Assembly: GCA_900768465.1 (NCBI GenBank)
Contig: CAAGCY010000013.1
Span: 187,587 to 251,586 of the forward strand
Source of the DNA: Alphaproteobacteria bacterium
GTDB taxonomy: Bacteria; Pseudomonadota; Alphaproteobacteria; CAAGCB01; CAG-977
Reading direction: 5' to 3'
Length of the DNA stretch: 64,000 nt
The notes under the pieces are model-generated. The model made no database searches and was not told where the DNA came from. It saw only the letters and a list, made by a program, of their open reading frames with translations. Positions 1-8,845 of the stretch are shown one piece after another; position 1 is the stretch's first letter, and each line of letters begins with the position of its first letter. The translations under genes and the position numbers were made by a program.

Positions 1-1
1 T

Positions 2-130
2 CCTTTCATGACGAACCGTTCGCCGCACACGATTATTTTGCGCGTGTTTGACGTGCCGGAGGAAGGCGTTACGGAATATACAACGTCTTTGGACGGTACG
101 AAAGAAACGGTTTACTATCGCAAATGGTAA
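2..130 (+). CDS. 3' end (last 42 codons) of an upstream gene running off the window start; product unknown
   Basis: Frame 2 is the only + frame open across nt 2-130; the other two + frames hit stops within 60 nt. It ends at TAA 128-130 and lies just upstream of the pilus cluster. Confidence 0.25.
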   Translation, partial: PFMTNRSPHTIILRVFDVPEEGVTEYTTSLDGTKETVYYRKW

Positions 131-251
131 AATTCATCGGCGCGCGGAATGCAAGAAAATCCGTGCGCCTTTCCGTTTATAAAGGATTTTTTAAAGAATT
201 TAATGCTTTAATCGTACTTCAATAGAAGTGTGTTGTCCCTTTTCAAAGTTT

Positions 252-959
252 GGAGAAAATCTTATGACGCATCCTTTGACAAAAATCGGCATTTTCGGCG
301 CTGTTGCCGCTGTTTTTATGCTGAATGCGTGCACGCAGTTCATTTCGGACGATGATGAATGGCCCGGCGTTTCCGCCGGGACGGTTTCGTCGGCGCCCGA
401 TTTTACGGCTCCCGTTGCGGGGGGGCAGTTCGGACAACGCACGCCGTCCGATGTCATGCAGAACCGAAACGGATATCGCGGCGAAGATTTGGCGGCAACC
501 GCTCCGTCCGCAGGGGCGAACGGGCTGTACAGCTATGACAGTTCGATGGATACGGGCGATGCCGTTGCGGCAAACGCCGGTTCAAACTTGTCGGGCAGCT
601 TGACCGCCGCTTCGAACGGCAACGCCGCTTCGACGGCGTCGAACGCTTCAAACGGCGCCGGTTCGGGGGATGACGTTTACGATCCCGAAGACCCCGTGGA
701 AGACTGGCTGGCGACCGAAGGCAGCTCTGTTCGCGGATTGCTGACGGAATGGGGCGACAAAGCGGGGTGGCGTGTGATTTGGAACACGGACCGCGAATAT
801 ATTTTGGAAGCGGGCGCGATGTTCCGCGGACGCTTTATGGACGTGGCTTCGGCGCTGATTCGTTCGTTCGCGCGCGCCAGACCCGCTCCGTGGGGCACTT
901 TTTACAAAGGCAACCGAGTCTTGTTGATTACGACCGTGGAGGATGAAAATGCGGATTAA
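252..959 (+). CDS. TcpQ/PilL-like lipoprotein of a type IVb pilus system (first gene of the cluster)
   Basis: ATG at 252 is preceded by GGAGA. The N-terminus MTHPLTKIGIFGAVAAVFMLNAC is a lipoprotein signal with lipobox LNAC. The middle is Gly/Ser/Ala-rich and looks disordered. The conserved C-terminal block WRVIWNTDREYILEAGAMFRGRFMDVASALIRSF resembles the TcpQ/PilL C-terminal domain from memory. The gene sits immediately upstream of the secretin and overlaps it, as tcpQ-tcpC and pilL-pilN do. Confidence 0.45.
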   Translation, partial: GENLMTHPLTKIGIFGAVAAVFMLNACTQFISDDDEWPGVSAGTVSSAPDFTAPVAGGQFGQRTPSDVMQNRNGYRGEDLAATAPSAGANGLYSYDSSMDTGDAVAANAGSNLSGSLTAASNGNAASTASNASNGAGSGDDVYDPEDPVEDWLATEGSSVRGLLTEWGDKAGWRVIWNTDREYILEAGAMFRGRFMDVASALIRSFARARPAPWGTFYKGNRVLLITTVEDENAD

Positions 960-2559
960 CAGTAAATTTACAGCGATAGCACTCTGCCTGTCGATGGCGG
1001 GGCTGACATCCTCCTGCCGTTTGTTTACGACGGTAACCAAGCACACCGACCGCACGTTGGACAAGATTCAAAACGTGCTGGACGAACCGGTCGCGCCCTC
1101 CGATATGTACAGTCTGGATACCATTTCGGTCAAAGACGATATTTGGCTGGGCAGTCAAAGCGTTCGCGGCAATCAGGGCGATCCTTTGCCCGCGCGCTTT
1201 GAATCGGATGAGGGCATTACGTTGGTCAGCACGACGCCGGTTTCGCTGCTGCAGGTTTCGGAACAAATCACCGCGCTGACGGGCATTACCGTTCGCGTGG
1301 ACGATATGATTTTGGATGAAGTCAAAAACGCCACGCAGGGCAAAGAAGGCGACGCTTCTCAAGGCGCGGCGACCAACACCGACACCAATTTGTATATGCC
1401 CGCTTATTCCGGAAAATTAAGCGGACTGCTGGATCAGATTGTTTCGCGTTTCGCTTTGTGGTGGCGTTACAAAAACGGCGTGATTACGTTCTACAAACAG
1501 GAAACGCGCGTGTTTACGATTTACGCGCTGCCCGTGCAGACTCAGCTGAGCGCGAACATCGCGGGAACGGCTTCGGGTGAAGCGGGCGGCACGACGTCCG
1601 CGTCGATGTCGTCGTCGATTTCACTGGATTTGTGGGCGCAAATCGAATCCGCCATTACATCGATGTTGCCGGGCGGCGCGACGCTGAACGTCATTCCCGC
1701 CAACGGTACGCTGACGGTAACGGCGCCTCCGTATACTTTGCAGCGTGTCGCGCAGTACATCAACAGCATGAACGAAAAACTGTCGCGTCAGGTCGCCATC
1801 GGCGTCAAGGTGCTGAACGTTACTTTGTCCGATTCTGCCAGTGCGGGATTGAACCTGGCATCCGTGCTGAAGTTTGTCAGCAAAAAATCGGGCAGCGGCA
1901 TTGCGACCACGTTGTCTTCTCCGTCGTCGCAAACCAGCGGCACATCGGGTTCTTTGAGCATCGGCATTTTGAATCCCAACGGACACGGTCATATCGCCGA
2001 CGGCAGTAAAATTCTGATGGAAGCTTTGTCTACGCAGGGAACGGCGTCTTTGGTCACCAGCGCGTCCGTGATTACGATGAACAACAAAATCGCGCCCGTT
2101 CAGGTTTCGACCAACGAATCGTACATTGAAAAGTCCGAAACGACGGTCAGTTCCGATTCGACATCCATTTCCGTCACGCCCGCGAAAATCAACTACGGCT
2201 TTACGATGGAAATCCTGCCGCGTCTGCTGGATCACGGACGGATGCTGCTGATGTTTACGATGACGCTGACGGACAAGGACTCCATGGATGAAAAAACATT
2301 CGGTGAAGGCACATCCAGAACGTCGATTCAGCTGCCTGTTTTGAAAACGCGCGGTTTCGTGCAGGAAGTCGCCATGACTTCGGGCGCGACGCTGGTTTTG
2401 ACAGGGTTTGAGGAAGTCAGAACGAATTCCAACAATTCCAAAGACATCACGTCGTTTTCGAAATCGGCGGATAAAAGCAGAAACGTCATGGTTATTCTGC
2501 TGACCCCCGAAGTGTTGATTTCACCGCTGGTTCCCGAAACGCGCATGAACAGCTTTTAA
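943..2559 (+). CDS. type IVb pilus secretin (lipoprotein; TcpC/BfpB/R64 PilN-like)
   Basis: The lipoprotein signal is MKMRINSKFTAIALCLSMAGLTSSC. The C-terminal region has secretin-domain character (VITMNNKIAPVQVSTNESYIEK...GFTMEILPRLLDHGRMLLMFTMTL...ATLVLTGFEEV...VMVILLTPEVL). The start overlaps the upstream gene by 17 nt. Confidence 0.8.
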   Translation: MKMRINSKFTAIALCLSMAGLTSSCRLFTTVTKHTDRTLDKIQNVLDEPVAPSDMYSLDTISVKDDIWLGSQSVRGNQGDPLPARFESDEGITLVSTTPVSLLQVSEQITALTGITVRVDDMILDEVKNATQGKEGDASQGAATNTDTNLYMPAYSGKLSGLLDQIVSRFALWWRYKNGVITFYKQETRVFTIYALPVQTQLSANIAGTASGEAGGTTSASMSSSISLDLWAQIESAITSMLPGGATLNVIPANGTLTVTAPPYTLQRVAQYINSMNEKLSRQVAIGVKVLNVTLSDSASAGLNLASVLKFVSKKSGSGIATTLSSPSSQTSGTSGSLSIGILNPNGHGHIADGSKILMEALSTQGTASLVTSASVITMNNKIAPVQVSTNESYIEKSETTVSSDSTSISVTPAKINYGFTMEILPRLLDHGRMLLMFTMTLTDKDSMDEKTFGEGTSRTSIQLPVLKTRGFVQEVAMTSGATLVLTGFEEVRTNSNNSKDITSFSKSADKSRNVMVILLTPEVLISPLVPETRMNSF

Positions 2560-2575
2560 TCGCGGAGCATGAACA

Positions 2576-3964
2576 ATGGCTGATGAAGAAGAAGAACTGT
2601 CCGTAGACGATTTGGACGAACTGGAAGAAAAACAGTCGTCGTCCGAAGCCGCCGCGGGCGAGGCAACGGACGAAGACGGCGATCCCCCTTGGGGCGCGAC
2701 GATGACCGTCAATGAAACGACGTATGCCGTGAGCTTGTTCTGGCAGCCGTTGCAGGACACGAACGATCCGTTCCCGGAAGTCAAGGAAACCGTCGAAAAC
2801 GTTATGGAGGGCGCAGATTTGTTCTGCATCCGCCAAGGAACTTCTCCTCAATACGGTATCGGTAATTCGGTGGAAGGACACAAGGTCGGCATGCCGTCTG
2901 CCGCCGCCGCGATTGCCGACATTTTTTCGGACAAATCTTCTTCCGTCGCGGTGTTCGAAGTCGACGAAGGCTGGTGGTTCATTGCCGTCCGTAATGACTT
3001 GATTCTGTCCGAAGAAGACATCCTGTATCTGAACGAGGAAGACGCCAAGCGCGCGTATTACGCCATGATGGCGGTGCCCGACTGGGGGCGGAAAATCGCG
3101 CCCGCCAAATGGGAAATCGAAGGAACGGAAGAAGTCGACCTGTTCGATATTCTGAAAGAGCCGCACGGTTCAAAACTGGTTCGCATCGACAAGGCGCATC
3201 AGCAAAAACAGAAAATCATCATCGGCGTTGCCGCTTTGTTGATTTTGATTGTCGGCTACAAGCTGATTTCGGGCATGTTTGCCCCCGCGCCCAAAAAGGC
3301 GTTTCGACCTTTGGCACCGCTGAAGCCGCTGGAAATCGAAGAAGAGCCGCTGCCGCAGGTGATTGAAACCAAACCGTGGGAAAAATTGATTGTAACCGAA
3401 GATTTCCTGAACCGTTGCCAAGCGGGCGTCATGCAGCTGAAATACATGATTGTTCCGGGCTGGACTTTGGGCAATATTCAATGCACGCCTTCGGGATTAT
3501 CGACCGAATGGACGATGAAATGGGGACATTTGGGGATTTTGAAGCGCGCTTTTGAAGAATACGGCATGCCCGGTTTTGATTACATGCTGTCCGATGCGGG
3601 GACGTCCGCCGTGGTCAGCCTGTCGCTGGGCGATTTGTCTTATCATGCGGAAAATCCCAAGTATACGACGTTTGAAGCGCGCGAAGAGTGGACCAATATC
3701 TTCCAAGCCATCAAACAGCCGATATCGCTGTCGAACGACGCGACGCGCGTTACCGTTCCGTTGCCCAGACGAAGCGGCGAAGAACCGAAATCCATCGTTA
3801 AAACTTACAACAAACTGCTGTTCAAATTCTCCTCGGATATGCCGATGAGCGAATGGCTTGCCGTTTTCAATCAATTTCCTGCTTTGGAAATGCAAAAATT
3901 GGAGTACAATATAGGAAACGGCATTTGGAGCTATGAGGGACAAATCTATGAACCGAGTATTTAA
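2576..3964 (+). CDS. bitopic inner-membrane pilus assembly protein (R64 PilO / BfpC-like topology)
   Basis: GGAG lies upstream of the ATG. The N-terminal ~200 aa are acidic and presumably cytoplasmic. A single TM helix IIIGVAALLILIVGYKLISGMF is followed by a ~230-aa periplasmic domain. The gene's position between secretin and ATPase matches pilO/bfpC. Assignment is by topology and position only. Confidence 0.4.
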   Translation: MADEEEELSVDDLDELEEKQSSSEAAAGEATDEDGDPPWGATMTVNETTYAVSLFWQPLQDTNDPFPEVKETVENVMEGADLFCIRQGTSPQYGIGNSVEGHKVGMPSAAAAIADIFSDKSSSVAVFEVDEGWWFIAVRNDLILSEEDILYLNEEDAKRAYYAMMAVPDWGRKIAPAKWEIEGTEEVDLFDILKEPHGSKLVRIDKAHQQKQKIIIGVAALLILIVGYKLISGMFAPAPKKAFRPLAPLKPLEIEEEPLPQVIETKPWEKLIVTEDFLNRCQAGVMQLKYMIVPGWTLGNIQCTPSGLSTEWTMKWGHLGILKRAFEEYGMPGFDYMLSDAGTSAVVSLSLGDLSYHAENPKYTTFEAREEWTNIFQAIKQPISLSNDATRVTVPLPRRSGEEPKSIVKTYNKLLFKFSSDMPMSEWLAVFNQFPALEMQKLEYNIGNGIWSYEGQIYEPSI

Positions 3965-5372
3965 AACAAAATTATGGTCTGCGGCGCTGGTGATTTCCGG
4001 GGTCGCTATCTCGAATGCGAACGCACAGGATTTGTTCGATGACGCCTTTTTGGGGGATGACCCCGCCGCGGCTCCCGCACCTGTTGCGCCTGCGGAAAAG
4101 CCTGCGCCCGTTGCCCCTGCGGAAAATCCTGCGCCCGCCGCAGAGCCTGCCGCGCCTGCGCCCGCGGATGTTCCCGCTTTGCCCGACATCGCTCCTGCGG
4201 ACAATACGCCCGACGTACCCGCTTTGGACATTCCCGCGCCTGCCGCGCCCGAACCTCCGTTGCCCGAACCGACGGACAACACGGATTTGGATATTCCCGC
4301 TCCTGCGGACATTCCTGCTCCGAACGGCGCGCCGTCGTTGGATTTTAATGCCGTTCCCGGAAAACCCGCAGGCTTGACGGGGACGCCCAGCGATCAGGTG
4401 TTGGGCAAGGTATCCAGCGATATTTTCCGTGAAATGGCGGAAATGGAGCGCGAAAACAACTCGCTGGCTTTGCAGCTGAAACGCGAAGGGTTGCGCGCCG
4501 AAATCGATGCGTTGAAAGCCAACAACCGTCAAATGCTGTTTGACGAAATCGAACGCCGCGAAAAAATGACCCAAGCGCGTTTGGAATGGGAATTGGCGCA
4601 GGATTTGAAACGGCAGGAAGCTTTGGAACGCAAACAGCGCGCCGAAATCCGTCAAAAACAAATCGAAGCCGCTTTGAAGCGCGAGGAAGACCGCCGCATC
4701 CAAAAAATGAAGGATGAGGAAGCCGAACGCAAAAGAAAAGAAGAAGAACTGGAAAAACAAAAAGAAGCCGAACGCGCCGAACTGAAAAAGAAATACGAAG
4801 CCGCTTCGATTGTCCGTCTGAACAATTTGAAACCGACTTTGATTGCGGCAACGCGTCCGCCCCGCATCAAGCGGTCTCCGTCCGCATTGGTTTCGCGTAC
4901 ACTGACGGCGGGCGGCGAGGATTTGCTGAACCGTAAAAAAGCGGGACAGGCGTTGACGCAAGCTTCCGATACAAAAGACGAAAACGCCAACTTGAAAAAA
5001 CAGGATCCCGCTTCCACGTTGTATGCCGTTTCGGAAATCCGCGGCACGGCGGGCAGCTTGATTGCCAAGCTGGTGTCCAAAAAGGACAAAACGACGTTTT
5101 TTGTGAAAAAAGCGACTATTCTGCCGACGGGACACACCGTTGTCGATATCAACAAAGACTATGTTTTGCTTGAATACGGCAAGCTCAAAGAAATGGTCGG
5201 CTTCCCGTCCGCGGGCTTGGTGAATACGGAAGAACACAACGCCCCCGCTGCCGAGGCGTCCGAGGCAAACCCCGAAAATCAAGCGTTGAACGCGCCGATA
5301 ATCGCCAAAACGGCAACGCCGCGCCGAGTGGGCAGACGTCCCCGCTTGTCGGCGGCAAGTCTGGCGCGATAA
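3948..5372 (+). CDS. periplasmic PilP-like pilus assembly protein
   Basis: The signal peptide is MNRVFKTKLWSAALVISGVAISNANA. There are about 110 aa of imperfect PAPVAPAE-type Pro/Ala repeats, then a ~130-aa K/R/E coiled-coil segment, then a C-terminal globular domain (GSLIAKLVSKKDKTTFFVKKATILPTGHTVVDINKDYVLLEYGKLKEM). The start overlaps the upstream gene (an alternative ATG at 3933 exists). The gene sits between the PilO-like gene and the ATPase. Confidence 0.4.
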   Translation: MNRVFKTKLWSAALVISGVAISNANAQDLFDDAFLGDDPAAAPAPVAPAEKPAPVAPAENPAPAAEPAAPAPADVPALPDIAPADNTPDVPALDIPAPAAPEPPLPEPTDNTDLDIPAPADIPAPNGAPSLDFNAVPGKPAGLTGTPSDQVLGKVSSDIFREMAEMERENNSLALQLKREGLRAEIDALKANNRQMLFDEIERREKMTQARLEWELAQDLKRQEALERKQRAEIRQKQIEAALKREEDRRIQKMKDEEAERKRKEEELEKQKEAERAELKKKYEAASIVRLNNLKPTLIAATRPPRIKRSPSALVSRTLTAGGEDLLNRKKAGQALTQASDTKDENANLKKQDPASTLYAVSEIRGTAGSLIAKLVSKKDKTTFFVKKATILPTGHTVVDINKDYVLLEYGKLKEMVGFPSAGLVNTEEHNAPAAEASEANPENQALNAPIIAKTATPRRVGRRPRLSAASLAR

Positions 5373-5383
5373 CTAACCAAAGC

Positions 5384-5408
5384 AAACAGGGGCTTTCGAC
5401 CCCTGTTT
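5384..5408 (+). promoter_or_regulatory. perfect 9-bp stem-loop in the intercistronic gap between the PilP-like gene and the ATPase gene
   Basis: AAACAGGGG-cuuucga-CCCCUGUUU. It is followed only by TTT, so it is probably an RNA-stability or attenuation element rather than a full terminator. Confidence 0.4.
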
Positions 5409-5431
5409 GAGCGTTTACGGAAGGATTGACC

Positions 5432-7102
5432 ATGCCTTTGCCCGCAAAAACAGCCGCAGGTGCCGCGCCGTCTAAAACGGCGGCGGAAGCCCACAAAACA
5501 GGGGCGCCGAAAAAAAGTTCCGAGATTTTGGCGGAACTTTTCAGCGCAGGCAACGAATGCATTACGGCGCCTACAGGGGTTTTTCCCGTCAAGGATGATA
5601 CCCGCGGGTTGCTGGCTTTGTTTACGAACGGGCGGTTTTTGGTCAGCGCGGAACATAAATTCGACGGACGCGTGCTGAGCTTCGAGGTTTTGGCGCGTAA
5701 AAAGAAGCTTCCCGTCAACAAAGCCGAATACGTCCCCGCCAATCTGATTAAAGCGATTTACGACCGCGCGGCAAAAGACGCGCCGCCCCCCGAAGACGCC
5801 GAAGAAATGGGCAGTGCGGCGGATCTTGAACAGCTGCAGATGCAAAAGGACTATGTCAACGTGCTGTCCCGCGCCGCATCCGTCAAGGTGTCCGATATTC
5901 ACGTTGTCGTCGGCACCCATAAAACCCAAGTCATGTTCCGTACGAACGGCATGATGCAGGTTGAAATCGAAAAAGACAAGGACTGGGGCGAAGCGTTCGT
6001 GCGCGCGGCGTTTGCGTCTTCTGACATTTCGGATGCGAACTATGCGCAAAACGAATATCAGGCGGCGCAAAAAGTCGGCGACACGCCTTTGCGCGGTTCG
6101 GGCGGAAAGCTGCGTCTGCCCCGCAACGTTTTGGGTGTTCGATTGCAGTTCAACCCGATTGCGTTCGGCACGCGTTATCTGGTTATGCGTTTGCTGTACG
6201 CAGACGACGATCCCGACAACGCGGGCGATTTGATGGCTTTGGGATACACCAAGCGCGAATCCGATATGTTTTACCGTCTGCGCGCCGTTCCCATCGGCAT
6301 TATCATTGTGGCGGGACCGACGGGGTCGGGCAAATCGACGACTTTGCAGCGCAATATGATTTCTTTGCTGCAGGAACGCAACTACGAACTGAACCTGATT
6401 ACCGTGGAAGACCCTCCCGAATACCCGATTCCGGGCGCGCGGCAGATGCCTGTGACCAACGCGAACACCGAAGCGCTGAAAGAGCAGGAATTCACCAAAG
6501 CGCTGGCGGCGTCTTTGCGTTCCGACCCTGACATGTTGATGATTGGCGAAGTCCGTACTTTGTCGGCGGCTCAGCTGGCGTTCAAAGGCGCGTTGTCGGG
6601 GCACGGCGTTTGGACGACTTTGCACGCGAACAGTTCGCCCGCGGTGGTGATGCGTTTGCGCGACATGGGGGTTGAACCGTTCAAGCTTATCGACCCTGAA
6701 ATTATGAAAGGCATGGTGTCTCAGCGTTTGTTCCGCCGCGTCTGCCCGAATTGCCGCATTCCCGTTTCGCAAAAGCCCGATCATCCGACGGTCAAGCGTT
6801 TGCGCAAAGCGTACGGCGATTTCGGGATGGAGCAGGCTTTTTTGAAAGGCGAGGGCTGTCCCGAATGTCAAGGGCGCGGCGTCAAAGGGCGTGCGGTGGT
6901 CGGTGAAATTCTGATGCCCGATGCGACGTTTTTGGATTTGCTGGTCAAGGGCGAAACCAAAAAAGCGATTGACTATTGGACGGGCGATTTGGGGGGCAGG
7001 ACGATGAAAGACTGCGCCATCGAACGTATGCTGAACGGACTGATTGACGCCGAGGAAGTCGAACGCTGGTGCGGCTTGCTGGACGAAAGACCGATTTACT
7101 GA
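5432..7102 (+). CDS. type IV pilus assembly ATPase (GspE/PilB family; TcpT/BfpD/R64 PilQ-like)
   Basis: Walker A AGPTGSGKSTT, Asp box/Walker B DPDMLMIGEVR, His box GHGVWTTLHANS and the tetracysteine CPNC...CPECQG are all present. GGAAGGA precedes the ATG at 5432. There is a ~150-aa N-terminal extension. Confidence 0.85.
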   Translation: MPLPAKTAAGAAPSKTAAEAHKTGAPKKSSEILAELFSAGNECITAPTGVFPVKDDTRGLLALFTNGRFLVSAEHKFDGRVLSFEVLARKKKLPVNKAEYVPANLIKAIYDRAAKDAPPPEDAEEMGSAADLEQLQMQKDYVNVLSRAASVKVSDIHVVVGTHKTQVMFRTNGMMQVEIEKDKDWGEAFVRAAFASSDISDANYAQNEYQAAQKVGDTPLRGSGGKLRLPRNVLGVRLQFNPIAFGTRYLVMRLLYADDDPDNAGDLMALGYTKRESDMFYRLRAVPIGIIIVAGPTGSGKSTTLQRNMISLLQERNYELNLITVEDPPEYPIPGARQMPVTNANTEALKEQEFTKALAASLRSDPDMLMIGEVRTLSAAQLAFKGALSGHGVWTTLHANSSPAVVMRLRDMGVEPFKLIDPEIMKGMVSQRLFRRVCPNCRIPVSQKPDHPTVKRLRKAYGDFGMEQAFLKGEGCPECQGRGVKGRAVVGEILMPDATFLDLLVKGETKKAIDYWTGDLGGRTMKDCAIERMLNGLIDAEEVERWCGLLDERPIY

Positions 7103-7118
7103 GGAAAGGAAACGGAAT

Positions 7119-8207
7119 ATGGCCAAAAGCAAATTTTCGCTTGCCGAGATTAACCGATATTACGCTATGATTATCTGCAGGATGAGCGGCAAAACGCGGT
7201 TGAAAATTTACCGCAAGCTGATTTCTCTGCTTCACAACCGGTTTTCGTTGATGGACGCGCTGGACCGAATCCGCGGGATTATGACGAACGACGGCAAAAA
7301 CCCCGACGAACCGATGGCTTTGGCGATTTTGTACTGGTCGCGCGCATTGCAGAACGGTCATCCGTTTTCGGTGGCTTTGGAAGGCTGGGCACCCGCCCGC
7401 GAACGTTTGATGCTGTCGGTCGGCGACGTTTCGCACTTGGAAGGCGCGCTGGAAAACCTGATTAAAGTTACCGAAGGCACCAGCCGTATGACGGGACCTT
7501 TGGTCGGCGCGATTTCGTACCCGATGTTTCTGTCCATGATGACGGTTTTGATTATTTACGCTATCGGCGCGTACATGGTGCCGCCGATGATGAACGCCGC
7601 GCCGAACGCGCGCTGGACGGGATCGGCGAAAGACTTGGTTGCCGTATCCGTTTGGATTCAAAAGAACTGGGTGGCGGCGTTTGCGTTTTTGCCGACGGTG
7701 TTCTTGCTGATTTATCTGACTTTGGGGCGGTGGAAAGGCAAAACCCGCGCACTGGTTGACAATTTGCCGCCGTGGTCGCTGTATCGAATCTTTGTCGGCG
7801 TTACGTGGATGCTGGCAATGGCGGCTTTGGTGCGTGCGGGAACGCCCGTGTCGCAAGCGCTGCGTTCTTTGCGTCACGATGCCAGCCCGTATTTGCTGCA
7901 CCGCATTGACACGGCGCTGGTATTCGTCAACAACGGCGACAATATCGGCGAAGCGTTGAATAAAACGGGATTGGGCTTTCCCGATCAGGAAATCATCGGC
8001 GATTTGCGTATTTATTCCGAAATGGACAACTTCCAAGCCGCGCTGGATCAGATGGCGAACGAATGGCTGGAAACCAGTATTTCCAGCATTGAACAGCGCG
8101 CAGCGTTGCTGAACACGATAGCGACTCTGGGTGTTTCCGGTGTTATTGCGTGGTCGGTTATGGGAACGTTTGCGATGCAGGAACAGATTACGAAGGCGAT
8201 GGGCTGA
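7119..8207 (+). CDS. type IV pilus inner-membrane platform protein (GspF/PilC family; TcpE/BfpE/R64 PilR-like)
   Basis: It is polytopic, with a GspF-like N-terminus (LISLLHNRFSLMDALDRI) and hydrophobic segments. AGGAAA precedes the ATG at 7119. The 7044 start of the tracked ORF would overlap the ATPase gene and is rejected. Confidence 0.75.
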   Translation: MAKSKFSLAEINRYYAMIICRMSGKTRLKIYRKLISLLHNRFSLMDALDRIRGIMTNDGKNPDEPMALAILYWSRALQNGHPFSVALEGWAPARERLMLSVGDVSHLEGALENLIKVTEGTSRMTGPLVGAISYPMFLSMMTVLIIYAIGAYMVPPMMNAAPNARWTGSAKDLVAVSVWIQKNWVAAFAFLPTVFLLIYLTLGRWKGKTRALVDNLPPWSLYRIFVGVTWMLAMAALVRAGTPVSQALRSLRHDASPYLLHRIDTALVFVNNGDNIGEALNKTGLGFPDQEIIGDLRIYSEMDNFQAALDQMANEWLETSISSIEQRAALLNTIATLGVSGVIAWSVMGTFAMQEQITKAMG

Positions 8208-8211
8208 GGAT

Positions 8212-8238
8212 TAAAAACAGCCCGGTGGGCTGTTTTTA
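8212..8238 (+). terminator. rho-independent terminator after the platform gene (bidirectional in form)
   Basis: AAAAACAGCCC-GGU-GGGCUGUUUUU: a perfect 7-bp GC-rich stem flanked by an A-tract and a T-tract, 5 nt after the TGA. Confidence 0.6.
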
Positions 8239-8672
8239 ACCGCAAGCGAAGATTTGCCCGCGATTTCAGGTCGGCGGAAGACGACCGCAAAAGAGCGGGA
8301 TGCAAATCGAGTGTCCGAAGCGCAGTTGCCGAGCCATTGGGCGAGGCTTACGGAGCAAGTTGTTGCAGATTCAAGGCGGTGGGCTGTTTTTAACCGCAAG
8401 CGAAGATTTGCCCGCGATTTCAGGTCGGCGCAGTTACGGAGCAAGTTGTGTTGTCTTGCTCCGTCATTGCGAGTCCCGTCTTTTTCCCCCGCCATTGCGA
8501 GTCCCGTCTTTTTTCTCCCGTCATTGCGAGGAGTGGAACGACGAAGCAATCCAATGACTCCGCCTTTGCGGTCAGCCGCCTGCAAATGGATCACCGCGTC
8601 GGGCTGAAGCCCTCCTCGTGATGACGAATTATCCCGTCATTGCGAGGAGCGGAACGACGAAGCAATCCACAG
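8224..8672. repeat. cluster of intergenic repeats: a 53-bp direct repeat (x2) plus four copies of a REP/MITE-like palindromic unit
   Basis: ggtgggctgtttttaaccgcaagcgaagatttgcccgcgatttcaggtcggcg occurs at 8224-8276 and 8378-8430. ttacggagcaagttgt occurs at 8348 and 8433. ccgtcattgcgagtcccgtcttttt occurs twice (8463, 8493). cccgtcattgcgaggag(t/c)ggaacgacgaagcaatcca occurs at 8517 and 8632. Its arms GTCATTGC / GCAATccaATGAC form an imperfect hairpin. Confidence 0.6.
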
Positions 8673-8772
8673 CCTCCGCACCTGTTGCCGAGGGTATGAC
8701 TTTGGTCATAATCCCCCTCTTGAAACCCGCGGAAACTCTGGGTTTATGCCGTCAGATATAGTATTTTTTCAT

Positions 8773-8806
8773 TGTATTCTTTCTTTTTTCGGGGCTAAGA
8801 TATAAA
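8773..8806 (+). promoter_or_regulatory. candidate sigma70-type promoter for the giant prepilin-like gene
   Basis: TTGTAT, then a 17-nt spacer, then TAAGAT followed by TATAAA. It lies in an AT-rich stretch ~45 nt upstream of the GGAGGA RBS and the ATG at 8846. Called by eye only. Confidence 0.3.
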
Positions 8807-8845
8807 CACTTGTAAAAGATCACCCGCGATTCGGAGGACAAAGCC

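Noticed and set aside
3972-5282. 436-aa minus-strand ORF, Arg/Gly-rich, antisense to the PilP-like gene. Also 5279..7132 (-, 617 aa) antisense to the ATPase gene, and 8885..9838 and 10013..10768 (-) antisense to the giant prepilin-like gene.
   Set aside because: These are shadow ORFs typical of GC-rich coding DNA. Their composition is Arg/Gly/His-rich and low-complexity, they carry no motifs, and the sense-strand genes have clear domain signatures.
7044-7118. 5' extensions of tracked ORFs: 7044 for the platform gene, 21039 for the YgjP-like gene, 55879 for pfkB, 36472 for the murJ-coupled gene, and 17635 for HNH paralog 4.
   Set aside because: Each extension overlaps the preceding gene in another frame. 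Better starts with RBS or family-typical N-termini exist downstream. The extensions only reflect the absence of an in-frame stop.
8220-8700. Possibility that the repeat cluster is a CRISPR array, a tRNA, or Neisseria-type DUS/Correia/dRS3 elements.
   Set aside because: Only 2-4 repeat units are present, with no regularly sized unique spacers and no cas genes. No cloverleaf-compatible sequence or CCA-end context is present. The motifs do not match the Neisseria repeat consensus, and the gene synteny points to an alphaproteobacterium.
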